In this document: one piece after another, positions 47,853-63,000 of the stretch
Numbering within the stretch: the first letter of the stretch is position 1
How the letters are laid out: each line of letters starts with the position of its first letter
Origin: Octopus vulgaris
Lineage: Eukaryota
Assembly (NCBI GenBank): GCA_951406725.2
Contig: OX597843.1
Location: 16,740,001 to 16,804,000 of the forward strand
DNA length: 64,000 nucleotides
Direction of reading: 5' to 3'
Made by a program: the position numbers and the translations under genes
The notes under the pieces: generated by a model
What the model was told of the DNA's origin: nothing
Database searches by the model: none
Seen by the model: the letters and a program-made list of their open reading frames with translations, nothing else

Positions 47853-48702
47853 TTACACTTTCTATTAAAAACCCCATTATCCACATATGGAATGAAAAAC
47901 TTAACGCCAGAAAATTTTCTTTCTGGAATATAATCAAAAACAACCACAAGACAGAAATTTATGAAAACTGGTTAACCTCAACACCAATAATTTTGCCTCA
48001 TAAATTCCAAATAAAATGTATTCGAAATGAGCAGGACCAACAAAAACAATTAAGGGGGAAACTAATACTGAAAAAATGAAGACAGAAATAGAACTCCTTA
48101 AGCTCAGAGCGCTAAGCACTGAAGAGAAATTTCAAAACATAGATGAGGAAATCTACAATGAATTAAAGAAACATTCAGATGATCAATGCTTGGAAAGTGT
48201 TTATAAACTGTGGAAAACAACTTGCGAAGCTGAAGAGACCAATTCCCTACAATGCTGGGAAAGACAAGCCAATTTCTTTATTAACTACGAATCACATCTC
48301 AACATAGAAAACGCATTGGATAACCCCTTCCTGAAGAAAAATAAACCAAAGACATACACAGAAATGACCCCACGCTTATCTAACACAAACCACAGATGAT
48401 GTAGGGGATACAACTCAATCGACCTGACCTTTACACCCCAAAATGACTTTCAAACAACAATCAGGAATTCAGCCCACCATAGAAAATCTCAAGGCATCCT
48501 AAATACAAATCAAAGATTCTATCGAAACCTCCAGACTAACCTAAACTTTCGGAACCAATACCTACCAATCCACCCCTACCATCTCACAATCAATGGAAGA
48601 ATTTACCTCCGAGGCTTAATCCTCAACATGGTTACTTCAATCAGTCGACTAGACACAACCAAACTAGACAAAATGACTTCTCTTTCCACCCACATTACAA
48701 TA

Positions 48703-49096
48703 TCTTTATATATAAAAGTAAGGTTGTGTGTCTGTCTACTCCGATTTAGATTCCTAACTACTCCCACATTTTGCGGTGCAGTTTAACCAAAACCGGGTAT
48801 CTTATAGTCGTCATTCATATCGAGCCCTTCTGGGTATTAGCGCGCGTCTACGATGAGTCTACGATTTAAAAAATAATTTACAATCATTTTTTTCCATTTT
48901 AATGCATATTTTTTTAATATAAGGGAAGTAACTCTCTAAAAATGTCTACGATGAGTCAACGATTTTTAAAAAAATTTACCATCATATTTTTTCCATTTTT
49001 AATGCATTTTTTTGCTATTTTTTGGCTATAACTCTCTAAAAATGCTTTATAGTTATTTCCCTTACAAACCTGAGCAACGCTGGGCGATACTGCTAG
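48703..49096 (+). mobile_element. Non-autonomous Helitron nested in the PLE
   Basis: A|TCtttatatataaaagtaaggttgtg ... gagcaacgctgggcgatactgCTAG|T. Confidence 0.8.
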
Positions 49097-50198
49097 TTAA
49101 AAATAAATTTAACCCAAACCACATCAACCATAGACAATATAACAACCCTCAATGCCACCATAATCTAGTCCGCTACACAGTCAATCCACTCCAGACACGC
49201 TTTACACCCATTTTCTCCTCAGCAAACCAAACACAATACAGACTTTCCACAACGATCCACCGACTTCAACTTTTTTGAAGACCTAAATCAGAGAAACAGA
49301 AATGGAACAAAATGTACAAGAACAACCGAAAATAATCAACTTATCAGAGAGAATCCTAAGTATTACACAAGCTAAAATTCTAGTCTGTCTCTATCCCCCC
49401 CCTCTCTCTCTCTCACTGTGTATAAGTTGCAAATTCAGAATCCATGTAGCCTCAAATATTCAAGTAATGTTGTTTAATCATACTTCTCATCATCATCATC
49501 ATCATTTAACGTCTGTTTTCTATGGGTTGAATGGCTTGACATGAGCTGTTAAGTTTGGGAGGCGCAACAAATATCTTTGCCTGTTTCAGCATGTGTCAAC
49601 AACTGGATGCTCTTCCGAGTGCCAATCCCTTTTACAGAGTGTACTGGGTGCTTGATACATAGCACCAGCATCGGTGCTTTTTAAGTTGCACCAACACCAA
49701 TGCTCTTCATATGGCACCATCACTGATAGGGCCACCAAGTACCTCACACGACAAAATCCCGAAAATAATCAACTTATCGAAGAAAATCCTGAGTATTACA
49801 CAAGCTAAAATTCTAGCAAGAGGTTTAAAATTTACTCCAACCCATCGCAGATCGAACCAGAATGAAATTGAGGATAACACTATGGATTTCTGCCGAAAAT
49901 TATGCCTCACAGAAGCACTTCACAACTACACCAGCGAAGATGACTCAATAGTAAAAAACAAAAGGGAATACTGTCCTACAAAAGGCAGAAATAAAGAGCT
50001 TAATGCTTTTTGTGAACATATTACCAGTTTTCCTTTTAATATCTTACAAAAACAGCGAATTAAATCCAGCCTTGATGTAAATGAATGGAAAGACCTAATT
50101 GAGTTAAAAAATCATTTAAACCTCACCATTAAAGAAGCCGACAAAGGAAGTGTGGCAGTAGTGATGGACACAGAGTACTACAAAAATTTAATACTCTC

Positions 50199-50705
50199 CA
50201 TCATCATCATCATCATCATCGTTTAATGTCCATTCTCCATGCTAGCATGAGTTGGATGGTTCGACTGAGGGTCTGGGAAGCCAGAAGGCTGCACCAGGCT
50301 CCGGTCTGATCTGGCAGTGTTTCTACAGCTGGATGCCCTTCCTAACACCACTCACTCTGTGAGTGTAGTGGGTGCTTTTTACGTGCCACCTGCACAGGTG
50401 CCAGGCGAGGCTGGCAACAGCCACGATCGGATTGGTGCATTTTACATGCCACCGGCACGGAAGCCAGTCTAGGCGGTGCTGGCATCGGCCACGTTCAGAT
50501 GGTGCTTTTTACGTGCCACCGGCACAGGGATCGCAACTGCAGTTTCCATTGATTTTGATGTTGGTGTACTTGACTCAATGGATCTCCTCAAGCACAGGGT
50601 CGAAATGGTGTTTCTTAACTTGCCACCTTCACAGGAGTCAGTCCAGCGGTCCTGGCAACTGCCGGGTGCCAGTCATAGGATTGGTTCAATTTCGATTCCG
50701 ATTTC
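50199..50705 (-). mobile_element. RTE LINE 3'UTR fragment nested in the PLE
   Basis: Matches 10109-10480; (GAT)n tail. Confidence 0.85.
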
Positions 50706-50985
50706 CACGTTGGAAAATAATATTTACTATGAGAAGATAGTACAATATAACCCACTGAGGACACTTAAAAACTTATCCTCCTTACATCAAATACATGGAA
50801 AGGGCCTCACTAAACATGAAATAGACTATTTATCCAATTTTAAATACAGACCTAGTCTATTCTACAGATTACCTAAAATACACAAAAATCTACATATTTG
50901 TAAAGCTTGCAAAGTTACTCCAAGCCTGTGCATTAATGTTCCTCAAACTGAGACCCATCATTGTTGGCCCTGCTTATGAAACAGT

Positions 50986-51374
50986 GGAGGCACAATGGCC
51001 CAGTGGTTAGGGCAACGGACTCGCGGTCATAGGATTGCGGTTTCGATTCCCAGACCGGGCGTTGTGAGTGTTTATTGAGCGAAAACACCTAAAAGTTCCA
51101 CGACGCTCCGGCAGGGGATGGTGGTGATCCCTGCTGTACTCTTTCACCACAACTTTCTCTCACGCTTACTTCCTGTTTCTGTTGTACCTGTATTTCAAAG
51201 GGGCCGGCCTTGTCACTCTCTGTGTCACGCTGAATATCCCCGAGAACTACGTTAAGGGTACATGTGTCTGTGGAGTGCTCAGCCACTTACACGTTAATTT
51301 CACGAGCAGGCTGTTCCGTTGATTCGGATCAATCGGAACCCTCGTCGTCGTAATCGATGGAGTGCTTCCATCCA
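50986..51374 (+). mobile_element. SINE family C, full length
   Basis: tRNA-like head with A and B boxes; 3' end ..ggaaccctcgtcgtcgtaa..ggagtgcttccatcc. Confidence 0.9.
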
Positions 51375-51514
51375 TCAATTATGATTTTTTAAAGAGCTGC
51401 TATAATTGTGTTTGATATGGTTTTGGGTTTTATCCTATGACACACAGTCATGGGAAAATATCTTCTATAACCTCAGGTTTTTAAACTCTTTGTTTCTTTG
51501 TTTTTCAGTCCAAG

Positions 51515-51591
51515 ATGGTGTCCATGCTCCAGCTGGGCATATTTTTGACCATGTCCATGAGCCATGCCCTAAGTTTACTAGATCCCGACAT
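51515..51591 (+). CDS. Coding exon (signal peptide) of a thioester-protein/A2M/CD109-like gene
   Basis: Acceptor ttgtttctttgtttttcag|tccaagATG at 51508/51509, peptide MVSMLQLGIFLTMSMSHALSLLDPD, donor AT|gtaagt at phase 2. Confidence 0.75.
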
Positions 51592-51733
51592 GTAAGTCAT
51601 TTATACCACTCTGTTATCAGAATTTGTTGTCTGTCTGTCTGTCTGTCTCGCCCTCTCCCCACTCTCTCTCTTACTGTGTATAAGTTGCAAATTCAGAATC
51701 CATGTAGCCTCAAATATTCAAGTAATGTTGTTT

Positions 51734-51787
<54 letters not shown>

Positions 51788-52371
51788 TTAATGTCTATTT
51801 TCTATGGGTTGAATGGCTTGACATGAGCTGGTAAGTTTGGGAGGCACAACAAGTATCTTTGCCTGTTTCAGCATGTGTCAACAACTGGATGCTCTTCCGA
51901 GTGCCAATCACTTTTACAGAGTGTACTGGGGGCTTGATACATAGCACCAGCATCGGTGCTTTTTAAGTTGCACCAACACCAATGCTTTTCATATGGCACC
52001 ATCACTGACAGGGTCACCAAGTACCTCACACGACAAAATCCCCTCAAATGGGAATGGGGAGCAGTATGAAGTTGGTGTGGCTTTGTGCCAGGTGAGAGAG
52101 TTAAGGTATAGAGGGAGAGCTGTAGATGTCTGGTTGTAGAGTAGATACTTGAATACTTCAGTAAGAAAAGAAAGGAGAGTGATTTGAAGTTGGTGGGGGC
52201 AGGGTAAGTTAATGATAGACAAAGATAGAGATCAGAGATCAGAGATATGTAAGGGTGGATATAATGAATGACAAAGACATCGACGGCAGATATGAGATCA
52301 TGTAGAGGGCAAAGATGTGTAGGCAACTGTAATTAAATCCATGCCTGACCGTGGGTCATCTGGAGTATCTC

Positions 52372-53180
52372 ACCTGTGCCAGAGTCACTGAAATGGTACC
52401 CTTATCAGTGACACATAAAAGGAACCCGTGCCAGAGACACTTAAATGGTACCCTTATCGGTGACATATAAAGGGCACCTGTGCCAGAGACACTTAAATGG
52501 TACCCTTATCAGTGACACATAAATTAAATCCATGCCTGACCGTGGGTCATCTGGAGTATCTCACCTGTGCCAGAGTCACTGAAATGGTACCCATATCAGT
52601 GACACATAAAAGGCACCTGTGCCAGAGACACTTAAATGGTACCCTTATCGGTGACACATAAAAGGCACCTGTGCCAGAGACACTTAAATGGTACCCTTAT
52701 CAGTGACACATAAAAGGCACCTGTGCCAGAGACACTGAAATGGTACCCTTATCGGTGACACATAAAAGGAACCCGTGCCAGAGACACTGGAATGGTACGC
52801 TTATCGGTGACACATAAAAGGAACCCGTGCCAGAGACACTTAAATGGTACCCTTATCGGCGACACATAAAAGGCACCTGTGCCAGAGACACTTAAATGGT
52901 ACCCATATCAGTGACACATAAAAGGCACCTGTGCCAGAGACACTTAAATCGTACCCTTATCGGTGACACATAAAAGGCACCTGTGCCAGAGACACTTAAA
53001 TGGTACCCTTATCAGTGACACATAAAAGGCACCTGTGCCAGAGACACTGAAATGGTACGCTTATCAGTGACACATAAAAGGCACCTGTGCCAGAGACACT
53101 GAAACGGTACTCTTATCAGTGACCCATAAAAGGCACCTGTGCCAGAGACACTTAAATGGTACCCTTATCAGTGACACATA
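52372..53180. repeat. 52-bp satellite, short array with interspersed 40-bp boundary segments
   Basis: gtgacacataaaaggcacctgtgccagagacacttaaatggtacccttatca units; aattaaatccatgcctgaccgtgggtcatctggagtatctc at about 52331, 52522 and 53181. Confidence 0.92.
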
Positions 53181-53607
53181 AATTAAATCCATGCCTGACC
53201 GTGGGTCATCTGGAGTATCTCCCCTGGTCACATCATTAATGCGGTGGCGCGTGTGAAAAGGGGATAAATGGACAAAGAGAAAGGGAGCAGCCTCTTTTGC
53301 CTCACAGGCAGCTTCCTGCTCACTACATCGTCCCACTCTCTGCTACTAGACTACCCGTGCCGATTTGAATTGAGCAAAATCCTCTATACCAGTCATGGAA
53401 GGCGGCAAGACAAAAATCCTTTTTGTTCAACTTCATTATCTTCTGTAAAAATGTTAAATGTTCAAGCTGTGTACAAGTGCTCTCCTCTCGGATCGCAATA
53501 AACGTACCATGTTCACGAAGGCCTCAAAAACTCACACGAATTGTTGTTGTCTTTCATTGGATTAACTTTTGCAGCTAGAGAAGGATTACCGGATATTTGA
53601 TCAAAAT

Positions 53608-53915
53608 TGTTTGTTGTTTGTTCCTTCTCGAGCAATGCCTGGCTCATAAGGGCCGGTTTCACGGTTTCTTGGCGTATAGGTTCCCCACCTGGATGGGACG
53701 CCGGTCCATCGCAGGTGAGCTGCAAGATGCAGGAGGAAAGAGTGAGAGAAAGTTGTGGCGAAAAAGTCATCAGAAGTTTCGCCATTACCTTCTGCCGGAG
53801 CCGCGTGGAGCTTAGGTGTTTCGCTCATAAACACACACACCGCCCGATCTGAGATTCGAACTCGTGATCCCTCGACTGCAAGTCCGCTGCTCTAACCACT
53901 AGACCATGTGCCTCC
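53608..53915 (-). mobile_element. SINE with a family C-type head and a different body/tail
   Basis: Reverse complement: ggaggcacatggtctagtggttagagcagcggac..gaaacacctaagctccacgcggctccggcag..cctgcgatggaccggcgtcccatccagg. Confidence 0.8.
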
Positions 53916-54524
53916 ACTCAATCAAAATTAGTGGGCTTTAATTCCGCTGAAGATGCATTCAATGGAAAATAAATTTGTTCGGATGATATTGAGAATGTGG
54001 GATTGTTATCAGGGGGGAAGACATTCCAAGTGGAAGGATAAATGATAGTATAAAAGGGAGACAAAATGCAAGGGGTGTATTTCAGAAATGTCGATGCTTT
54101 CTCAGGAGTAACATGTATTAATTTTAAAGAAGTATAAAATTCTAGTTTACCTCAAAGGAGGATCCTTTGGCTTCAATGCAGATGTAGTGCTCCCCCACCT
54201 CAGAACTGCATTCATTCCTCAATACCTTTCTCCAGCCATGCTCTCTCTTCTCGGCCAAACTCCATCCTTAGCATCTCATTTATCTACCATTTATCCTACT
54301 ACTGGTAAACTGTAAACCAGTACAACCTGTGTCAGTGGGGTAGAAAGGGCTCCTTAGCCGTAGTGAAGGCAATCTATCTAGGGAGATAACCTTACAATAA
54401 ATCACTCGGTCCGTAGCTTAGAAATACTGGGTTGACGTCCAGCGGGAACAGCTTTGTTTCATGGAGGAGGAAAGATCTTCTTTAGTACTTGGTTGTACAA
54501 TGCTTTCCAATGTGTGTAAAAAAA

Positions 54525-54845
54525 ACTCCGCCGGTTACGACGACGAGGGTCCCAGCTGATACGATCAACGGAACAGCTTGCTCGTGAAATTGACGTGCAA
54601 ATGGCTGAGCATTCCACAGACACGTGTACCCTTAACGTAGTTCTCGGGGATAATCAGCGTGACACAGAGAGTGACAAGGCTGACCCTTTGAAGTACAAGT
54701 ACAACTCATTTTTGCCAGCTGAGTGGACTGGAGCAACGCGAAAATAAAGTGTCTTGCTCAAGGACACAACGCGTCGCCGGGAATCGAACTCACAACCTTA
54801 CGATCATGAGCCGAATGCCCTAACCACTAAGCCATGCGCCCTCAC
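54525..54845 (-). mobile_element. SINE with a CORE-like head and the family C tail
   Basis: Reverse complement: head..tgtgtccttgagcaagacacttta.. then aaggg..gccttgtcactctctgtgtcacgctga..gagaactacgttaagggtacacgtg. Confidence 0.8.
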
Positions 54846-55172
54846 GCAATGTGTGTAGTAGTGGCACGCACACACATTATTAGCCATTTGAAAAGACTAT
54901 GGAATTTAGTCTCGACCACGGTCGAACAATGATGGTGATGATGATTATCTACCATCACGCCTAATGCCCTTGCATATCTGTCATAACCCATCTTCCTGAA
55001 CCATTCCTATATCTCTCACCTTCAATTACTATAGTCACCTTTATGCCATCTAACCATTTCTCCTCACATTCTTATGAAATTTTCCATTCTGTTCCCCCTT
55101 ACCCACTCACCCAGTCCAATCTTCTGTACCACTTCTCCTTTATTCACCCCCATTGTACCTTGACATTGTACA

Positions 55173-55455
55173 TTGGCCCAGTGGTTAAGGCAGCGGACTC
55201 GCGGTCGTAGGATCGCGGGTTCGATTCCCAGACCGGGCGTTGTGAGTGTTTATTGAGCGAAAACACCTAAAAGTTCCACGAGGCTCCGGCAGGGGGTGGT
55301 GATCCCTGCTGTACTCTTTCACCACTCTTTCTTCTGTTGGCCTGCTCGCTTAGCCAGAGGGGTGGCGTCATTCGAGGGCTAAAACAATGCGAACGCATTG
55401 TGACCAGCGATATGTAACTACATCTGATGGACTGGTCGGTCACGTGATCACATGA
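55173..55455 (+). mobile_element. SINE with the family C head and an alternative tail
   Basis: Close match to 50995-51150, then ggcctgctcgcttagccag..ggtcggtcacgtgatca. Confidence 0.8.
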
Positions 55456-56275
55456 TCACATACCTACCTTGTCTCTCACTTTCTTGACCTCTATCACTCT
55501 CTCTCGCTAAGTCTCTTTTCTCTCCCATCTTCTCCAATTAGGGTCTTCTTGTATCTCTTACACAGCAAGGCACCAATCTCTATCCATCTGTTCTCTCAAC
55601 TGGCACAAAGCCTCCTCCCTCAACACTACTGTCCCTAGTCGAGGGGACTTTGTCTTGCCTTCCAAGTTACTTGGTGACCCCAGAGGTCATGGTCTGTAAA
55701 GTGGCTGGCATTAGGAAGGCATCCAGCTATAGAAACCATGCAAAAATAGACAAAAGGGTTTGGTACAGTTCTCTGGTTTGCCAGATCTTGTCAAACTGTC
55801 CAACCCATGCTAGCATGTGTGTGTATGTTTTATCTTTTGCTTCAATTTTTAGACTGTGGCCATACTGTGGCACTGCCTTGAAAAATTTTAGTCGAATGAA
55901 TTGACCTCAGTAATTACTTTTTTTTTTATTTTTTAAAGCTTGGTACTTATTTTAGCAGTCTTTTCCGCCAAACTGCTAAGTTACAGGGATGTAAACGCAC
56001 AAATACCAGGTGTCAAGAGGTAGTAGGGGACAAACACAGCTACACACACACACACATACAGCTACACACACACACACATGCACACACACGCACACACACC
56101 ATGGGCTTCTTTCAGTTTCCATTTACCAAATCCACTCAGAAGGCTTTGGTTAGCCAAGACTATATAGTAGAACACATTTACCCTAGTTGCCATGTAGTAG
56201 GGCTGTGTATGTGTCTGTGTATAACTGTATTTATCTATGTATGTAACATTGTGATATCTTCCTTTTTTCCATCAG

Positions 56276-56433
56276 GGTAAACTATATGTTCTATGCACCA
56301 AGATACTTCACACCAGAAGATGGACTCAACATCACTGTTATACTCTATAAAAATTATGGGTCCATGAATGTTACTGTTACACTCAAAGATGGTGACAAAG
56401 ATCTTAAAACAATATCTCAGCAAACTCATGAAA
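56276..56433 (+). CDS. Next coding exon, MG1-like domain start of the thioester-protein/A2M/CD109-like gene
   Basis: Acceptor cttccttttttccatcag; the phase-2 join gives M-VNYMFYAPRYFTPEDGLNITVILYKNYGSMNVTVTLKDGDKDLKTISQQTHE; donor A|gtaagt. Confidence 0.78.
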
Positions 56434-56641
56434 GTAAGTAAGACTATTGTTGTTATTGTCTATTTTCAGCCAAGCTAGGTTTACCCCATTGGTTACCATA
56501 TTTTTCTTGAAATACCCTACATCTGTTTCAATAACATTCAAATAAAGACATTAGCATTTAGCATTCAGATTACTCTGCCAAATGTAATGCTTATTTATTG
56601 ACATTATTTTGAATTAATAATGCATCATCTCAGCTTTTTTC

Positions 56642-58604
<1,963 letters not shown>

Positions 58605-58958
58605 AAAATGTTCCAGACATTTTCTTATGGTAGTGAAATAGTAGTTTGACTGCTATTTCTAAATTTCATTATGTGGTGAAGCAAATTTTGCTGAGCCCTA
58701 ATTATAATATAATCATAATTATATAATTCTTGTATAAGTTTACCGATAATGGTTCTTTTAACATATCGAACTAATTGGTAAAATTATTAATTATTAATTA
58801 ATTAATTAATTTTACCCTTTATTTTATATATATATAAGAGTGTAGGCTTGAAATGTAAAAGACTTTTTCTATTCCTGAGCGTTATACTAATACCCGTTTG
58901 TTTTGTACACCACCTGTCTTCGTCTTTTGTTTTTTTTCGTAAACTCTCCCTATATATA

Positions 58959-59179
58959 TTAGGTTGGTGTATAACTATTGCGGCTTTTTTCAACAAATTT
59001 TATTCATCAAAAACAGTAACAACATTTAACAAAAACATCTCTAAATGATTATTCTGGAGCATATTCACCATCTACTTCAATTTCTGCATGGTGTTTTGTT
59101 TAAATTGGCATTTTGTTAAATCTTTTGTTGAATAAAATTTATTGAAAAAAAAAACTGCAATAATTATGCACCAACCTAA
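58959..59179. mobile_element. mariner-type MITE
   Basis: TA|TTAGGTTGGTGtATAAcTATTGC ... GCAATAATTATGCACCAACCTAA|TA. Confidence 0.85.
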
Positions 59180-59344
59180 TATATATCTATATGAGATTCT
59201 TCGAGTTTCTGCCAACCAAATCTACCCACAAGGGATAGGTAGGTCCAAGTCTAAAATAGAAAATACCCAAGGTGCCACACAGTGGGATTGAATCAGGAGC
59301 CATGTGGTTGAGAAGCAAGCATCTGAATCATACAACCATAATCT

Positions 59345-59680
59345 GAGACCCTCTTCGGTCACGACACTGACCATGGGATTGCACCTAGAAAGTTACCCTC
59401 CCAGGCACAAGTCCGGGTAAGGTTGTTTATGGAAGACCAGCAGTCGCCCATGCATACCGGTCTCCCCTCTCCATGCCACCAGTGTTATCCAAGGGAAAGG
59501 CAAAGGGGCCGATACAGCTTGGCACCTGTGACATCGCAACTTATTCCTACAGCTGAGTGAACTGGAGCAACGTGAAATAAAGTGTCTTGCTCAAGAACAC
59601 AACACGCAGCCTGTCCAGGATTTGAGCTCACAATCTCACGATTTTAAGCTTGACACTCTAACCACAGAGCCATGTGTTTC
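59345..59680 (-). mobile_element. SINE with a CORE-like head and a third tail type
   Basis: Shares ttgagcaagacactttatttcacgttgctccag..cactcagctg with 54525-54845 but has a different 3' half. Confidence 0.75.
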
Positions 59681-60018
59681 AACTATAAATACAGCCATAA
59701 TATTATCTATAATTCAAAGTTCCAAGCAATGGGAAATAATCCAGAGAAACCAACCATCATCATCATCAAAGTCAGGTATATCAAAAACATGAACTGCAGT
59801 GCTCCAGCTTGGCTGCAGTCAAATGACTGTAAACAAGTAAAAAAATAAAAGAATAAAAATACATACATATGTACACAAATGACTGAGACATCTGGCGATT
59901 CGTTGCGCTTGAAGACGAGTCAAGGCAAGTGGAATCATGGCCAGTTCCTGGGATATGCAAAAGGCACCCATGCTGGAGACACATGAAAGATACTTGTACC
60001 GGTGACATGTAGAAGGCA

Positions 60019-63000
60019 GTGACACATAAAAGGCACCTGTGCCAGAGACACTTAAATGGTACCCTTATCAGTGACACATAAAAGGTACCCGTGCCAGAGA
60101 CACTTAAATGGTACCCTTATCAGTGACACATAAAAGGCACCTGTGCCAGAGACACTGAAATGGTACCCTTATCAGTGACACATAAAAGGCACCTGTGCCA
60201 GAGACACTTAAATGGTACCCTTATCAGTGACACATAAAAGGCACCCATGCCAGAGACACTGAAATGGTACCCTTATCAGCGACACATAAAAGGCACCTGT
60301 GCCAGAGACACTTAAATGGTACCCTTATCAGCGACACATAAAAGGCACCTGTGCCAGAGACACTGAAATGGTACCCTTATCAGTGACACATAAAAGGCAC
60401 CTGTGCCAGAGACACTTAAATGGTACCCTTATCAGTGACACATAAAAGGCACCTGTGCCAGAGACACTGAAATGGTACCCTTTTCAGTGACATATAAAAG
60501 GCACTTGTGCCAGAGACACTGAGATGGTACCCTTATCAGTGAGACATAAAAGGCACCTGTGCCAGAGACACTGAAATGGTACCCTTATCAGTGACACATA
60601 AAAGGCACCCATGCCAGAGACACTGAAATGGTACCCTTTTCAGTGACACATAAAAGGCACCGGTGCCAGAGACACTGAAATAGTACCTTTTTTATCAGCG
60701 ACACATAAAAGGCACCTGTGCCAGAGACACTGAAATGGTACCCTTATCAGTGACACATAAAAGGCACCTGTGCCAGAGACACTGAAATGGTACCCTTATC
60801 AGTGACACATAAAAGGCACCCATGCCAGAGACACTGAAATGGTACCCTTATCAGTGACACATAAAAGGCACCTGTGCCAGAGACACTTAAATAGTACCCT
60901 TATCAGTGACACATAAAAGGTACCTGTTCCAGAGACACTTAAATGGTACCCTTATCAGTGACACATAAAAGACACCTGTGCCAGAGACACTGAAATTGTA
61001 CCCTTATCAGTGACACATAAAAGGCACCAGTGCCAGAGACACTTAAATGGTACACTTATCAGTGACACATAAAAGGCACCTGTGCCAGAGACACTTAAAT
61101 AGTACCCTTATCAGTGACACATAAAAGGTACCTGTTCCAGAGACACTGAAATGGTACCCTTATCAGTGACACATAAAAGACACCTGTGCCAGAGACACTG
61201 AAATGGTACCCTAATCAGCGACACATAAAAGGCACCTGTACCAGAGACACTTAAATGGTACCCTTATCAGTGACACATAAAAAGCACCTGTGCCAGAGAC
61301 ACTGAAATGGTACCCTTATCAGTGACACATAAAAGGCACCTGTGCCAGAGACACTGAAATGGTACCCTTATCAGTGACACATAAAAGGCACCTGTGCCAG
61401 AGACACTGAAATGGTACCCTTATCAGTGACACATAAAAGGCACCTGTGCCAGAGACACTGAAATGGTACCCTTATCAGTGACACATAAAAGGCACCCATG
61501 CCAGAGACACTGAAATGGTACCCTTATCAGTGACACATAAAAGGCACCTGTGCCAGAGACACTTAAATAGTACCCTTATCAGTGACACATAAAAGGTACC
61601 TGTTCCAGAGACACTTAAATGGTACCCTTATCAGTGACACATAAAAGACACCTGTGCCAGAGACACTGAAATTGTACCCTTATCAGTGACACATAAAAGG
61701 CACCAGTGCCAGAGACACTTAAATGGTACACTTATCAGTGACACATAAAAGGCACCTGTGCCAGAGACACTTAAATAGTACCCTTATCAGTGACACATAA
61801 AAGGTACCTGTTCCAGAGACACTTAAATGGTACCCTTATCAGTGACACATAAAAGACACCTGTGCCAGAGACACTGAAATGGTACCCTAATCAGCGACAC
61901 ATAAAAGGCACCTGTACCAGAGACACTTAAATGGTACCCTTATCAGTGACACATAAAAAGCACCTGTGCCAGAGACACTGAAATGGTACCCTTATCAGTG
62001 ACACATAAAAGGCACCTGTGCCAGAGACACTGAAATGGTACCCTTATCAGTGACACATAAAAGGCACCTGTGCCAGTGACACTTAAATAGTACCCTTATC
62101 AGTGACACATAAAAGGTACCTGTTCCAGAGACATTTAAATGGTACCCTTATCAGTGACACATAAAGACACCTGTGCCAGAGACACTGAAATGGTACCCTT
62201 ATCAGTGACACATAAAAGGCACTTGTGCCAGAGACACTTAAATGGTACCCTTATCAGTGTCACATAAAAGGCACCTGTGCCAGAGACACTGAAATGGTAC
62301 ACTTATCAGTGACACATAAATGGCACCGGTGCCAGCGACACTTAAATGGTACCCTTATCAGTGACACATAAAAGGCACCTGTGCCAGAGACACTTAAATA
62401 GTACCCTTATCAGTGACACATAAAAGGTACCTGTTCCAGAGACACTTAAATGGTACCCTTATCATTGACACATAAAAGGCACCTGTGCCAGAGACACTGA
62501 AATGGTACCCTTATCAGTGACACATAAAAGGCACTGAAATGGTACCCTTATCAGTGACACATAAAATGCACCCATGCCAGAGACACTGAAATGGTACCCT
62601 TATCGGTGACACATAAAAGGCACCTGTGCCAGAGACACTTAAATAGTACCCTTATCAGTGACACATAAAAGGTACCTGTTCCAGAGACACTTAAATGGTA
62701 CCCTTATCAGTGACACATAAAAGGCACCGGTGCCAGAGACACTTAAATGGTACCCTTATCAGTGACACATAAAAGGTACCTGTGCCAGAGACACATAAAA
62801 GGCACCGGTGCCAGAGACACTTAAATGGTACCCTTATCAGTGACACATAAAAGGCACCTGTGCCAGAGACACATAAAAGGCACCTGTGCCAGAGACACTT
62901 AAATGGTACCCTTATCAGTGACACATAAAAAGCACCTGTGCCAGAGACACTGAAATGGTACCCTTATCAGTGACACATAAAAGGCACCGGTGCCAGAGAC

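Larger units (their letters stand above)
47860..50983 (+). mobile_element. Decayed Penelope-like element ORF (N-terminal region and start of RT), interrupted by nested inserts
   Basis: IINLSKKILS..LARGLKFTPT..IKEADKGSVAVVMDTEYY and, after an insert, LFYRLPKIHK..RPII.GP: PLE RT N-terminal motifs. The upstream segment is open in parts; assigning it to this element is less certain. Confidence 0.8.

Noticed and set aside
50986-51060. tRNA genes at SINE heads (also 11778, 45960-46031, 53845-53915, 54775-54845)
   Set aside because: They have A and B boxes but imperfect cloverleaves, and most run directly into SINE bodies.
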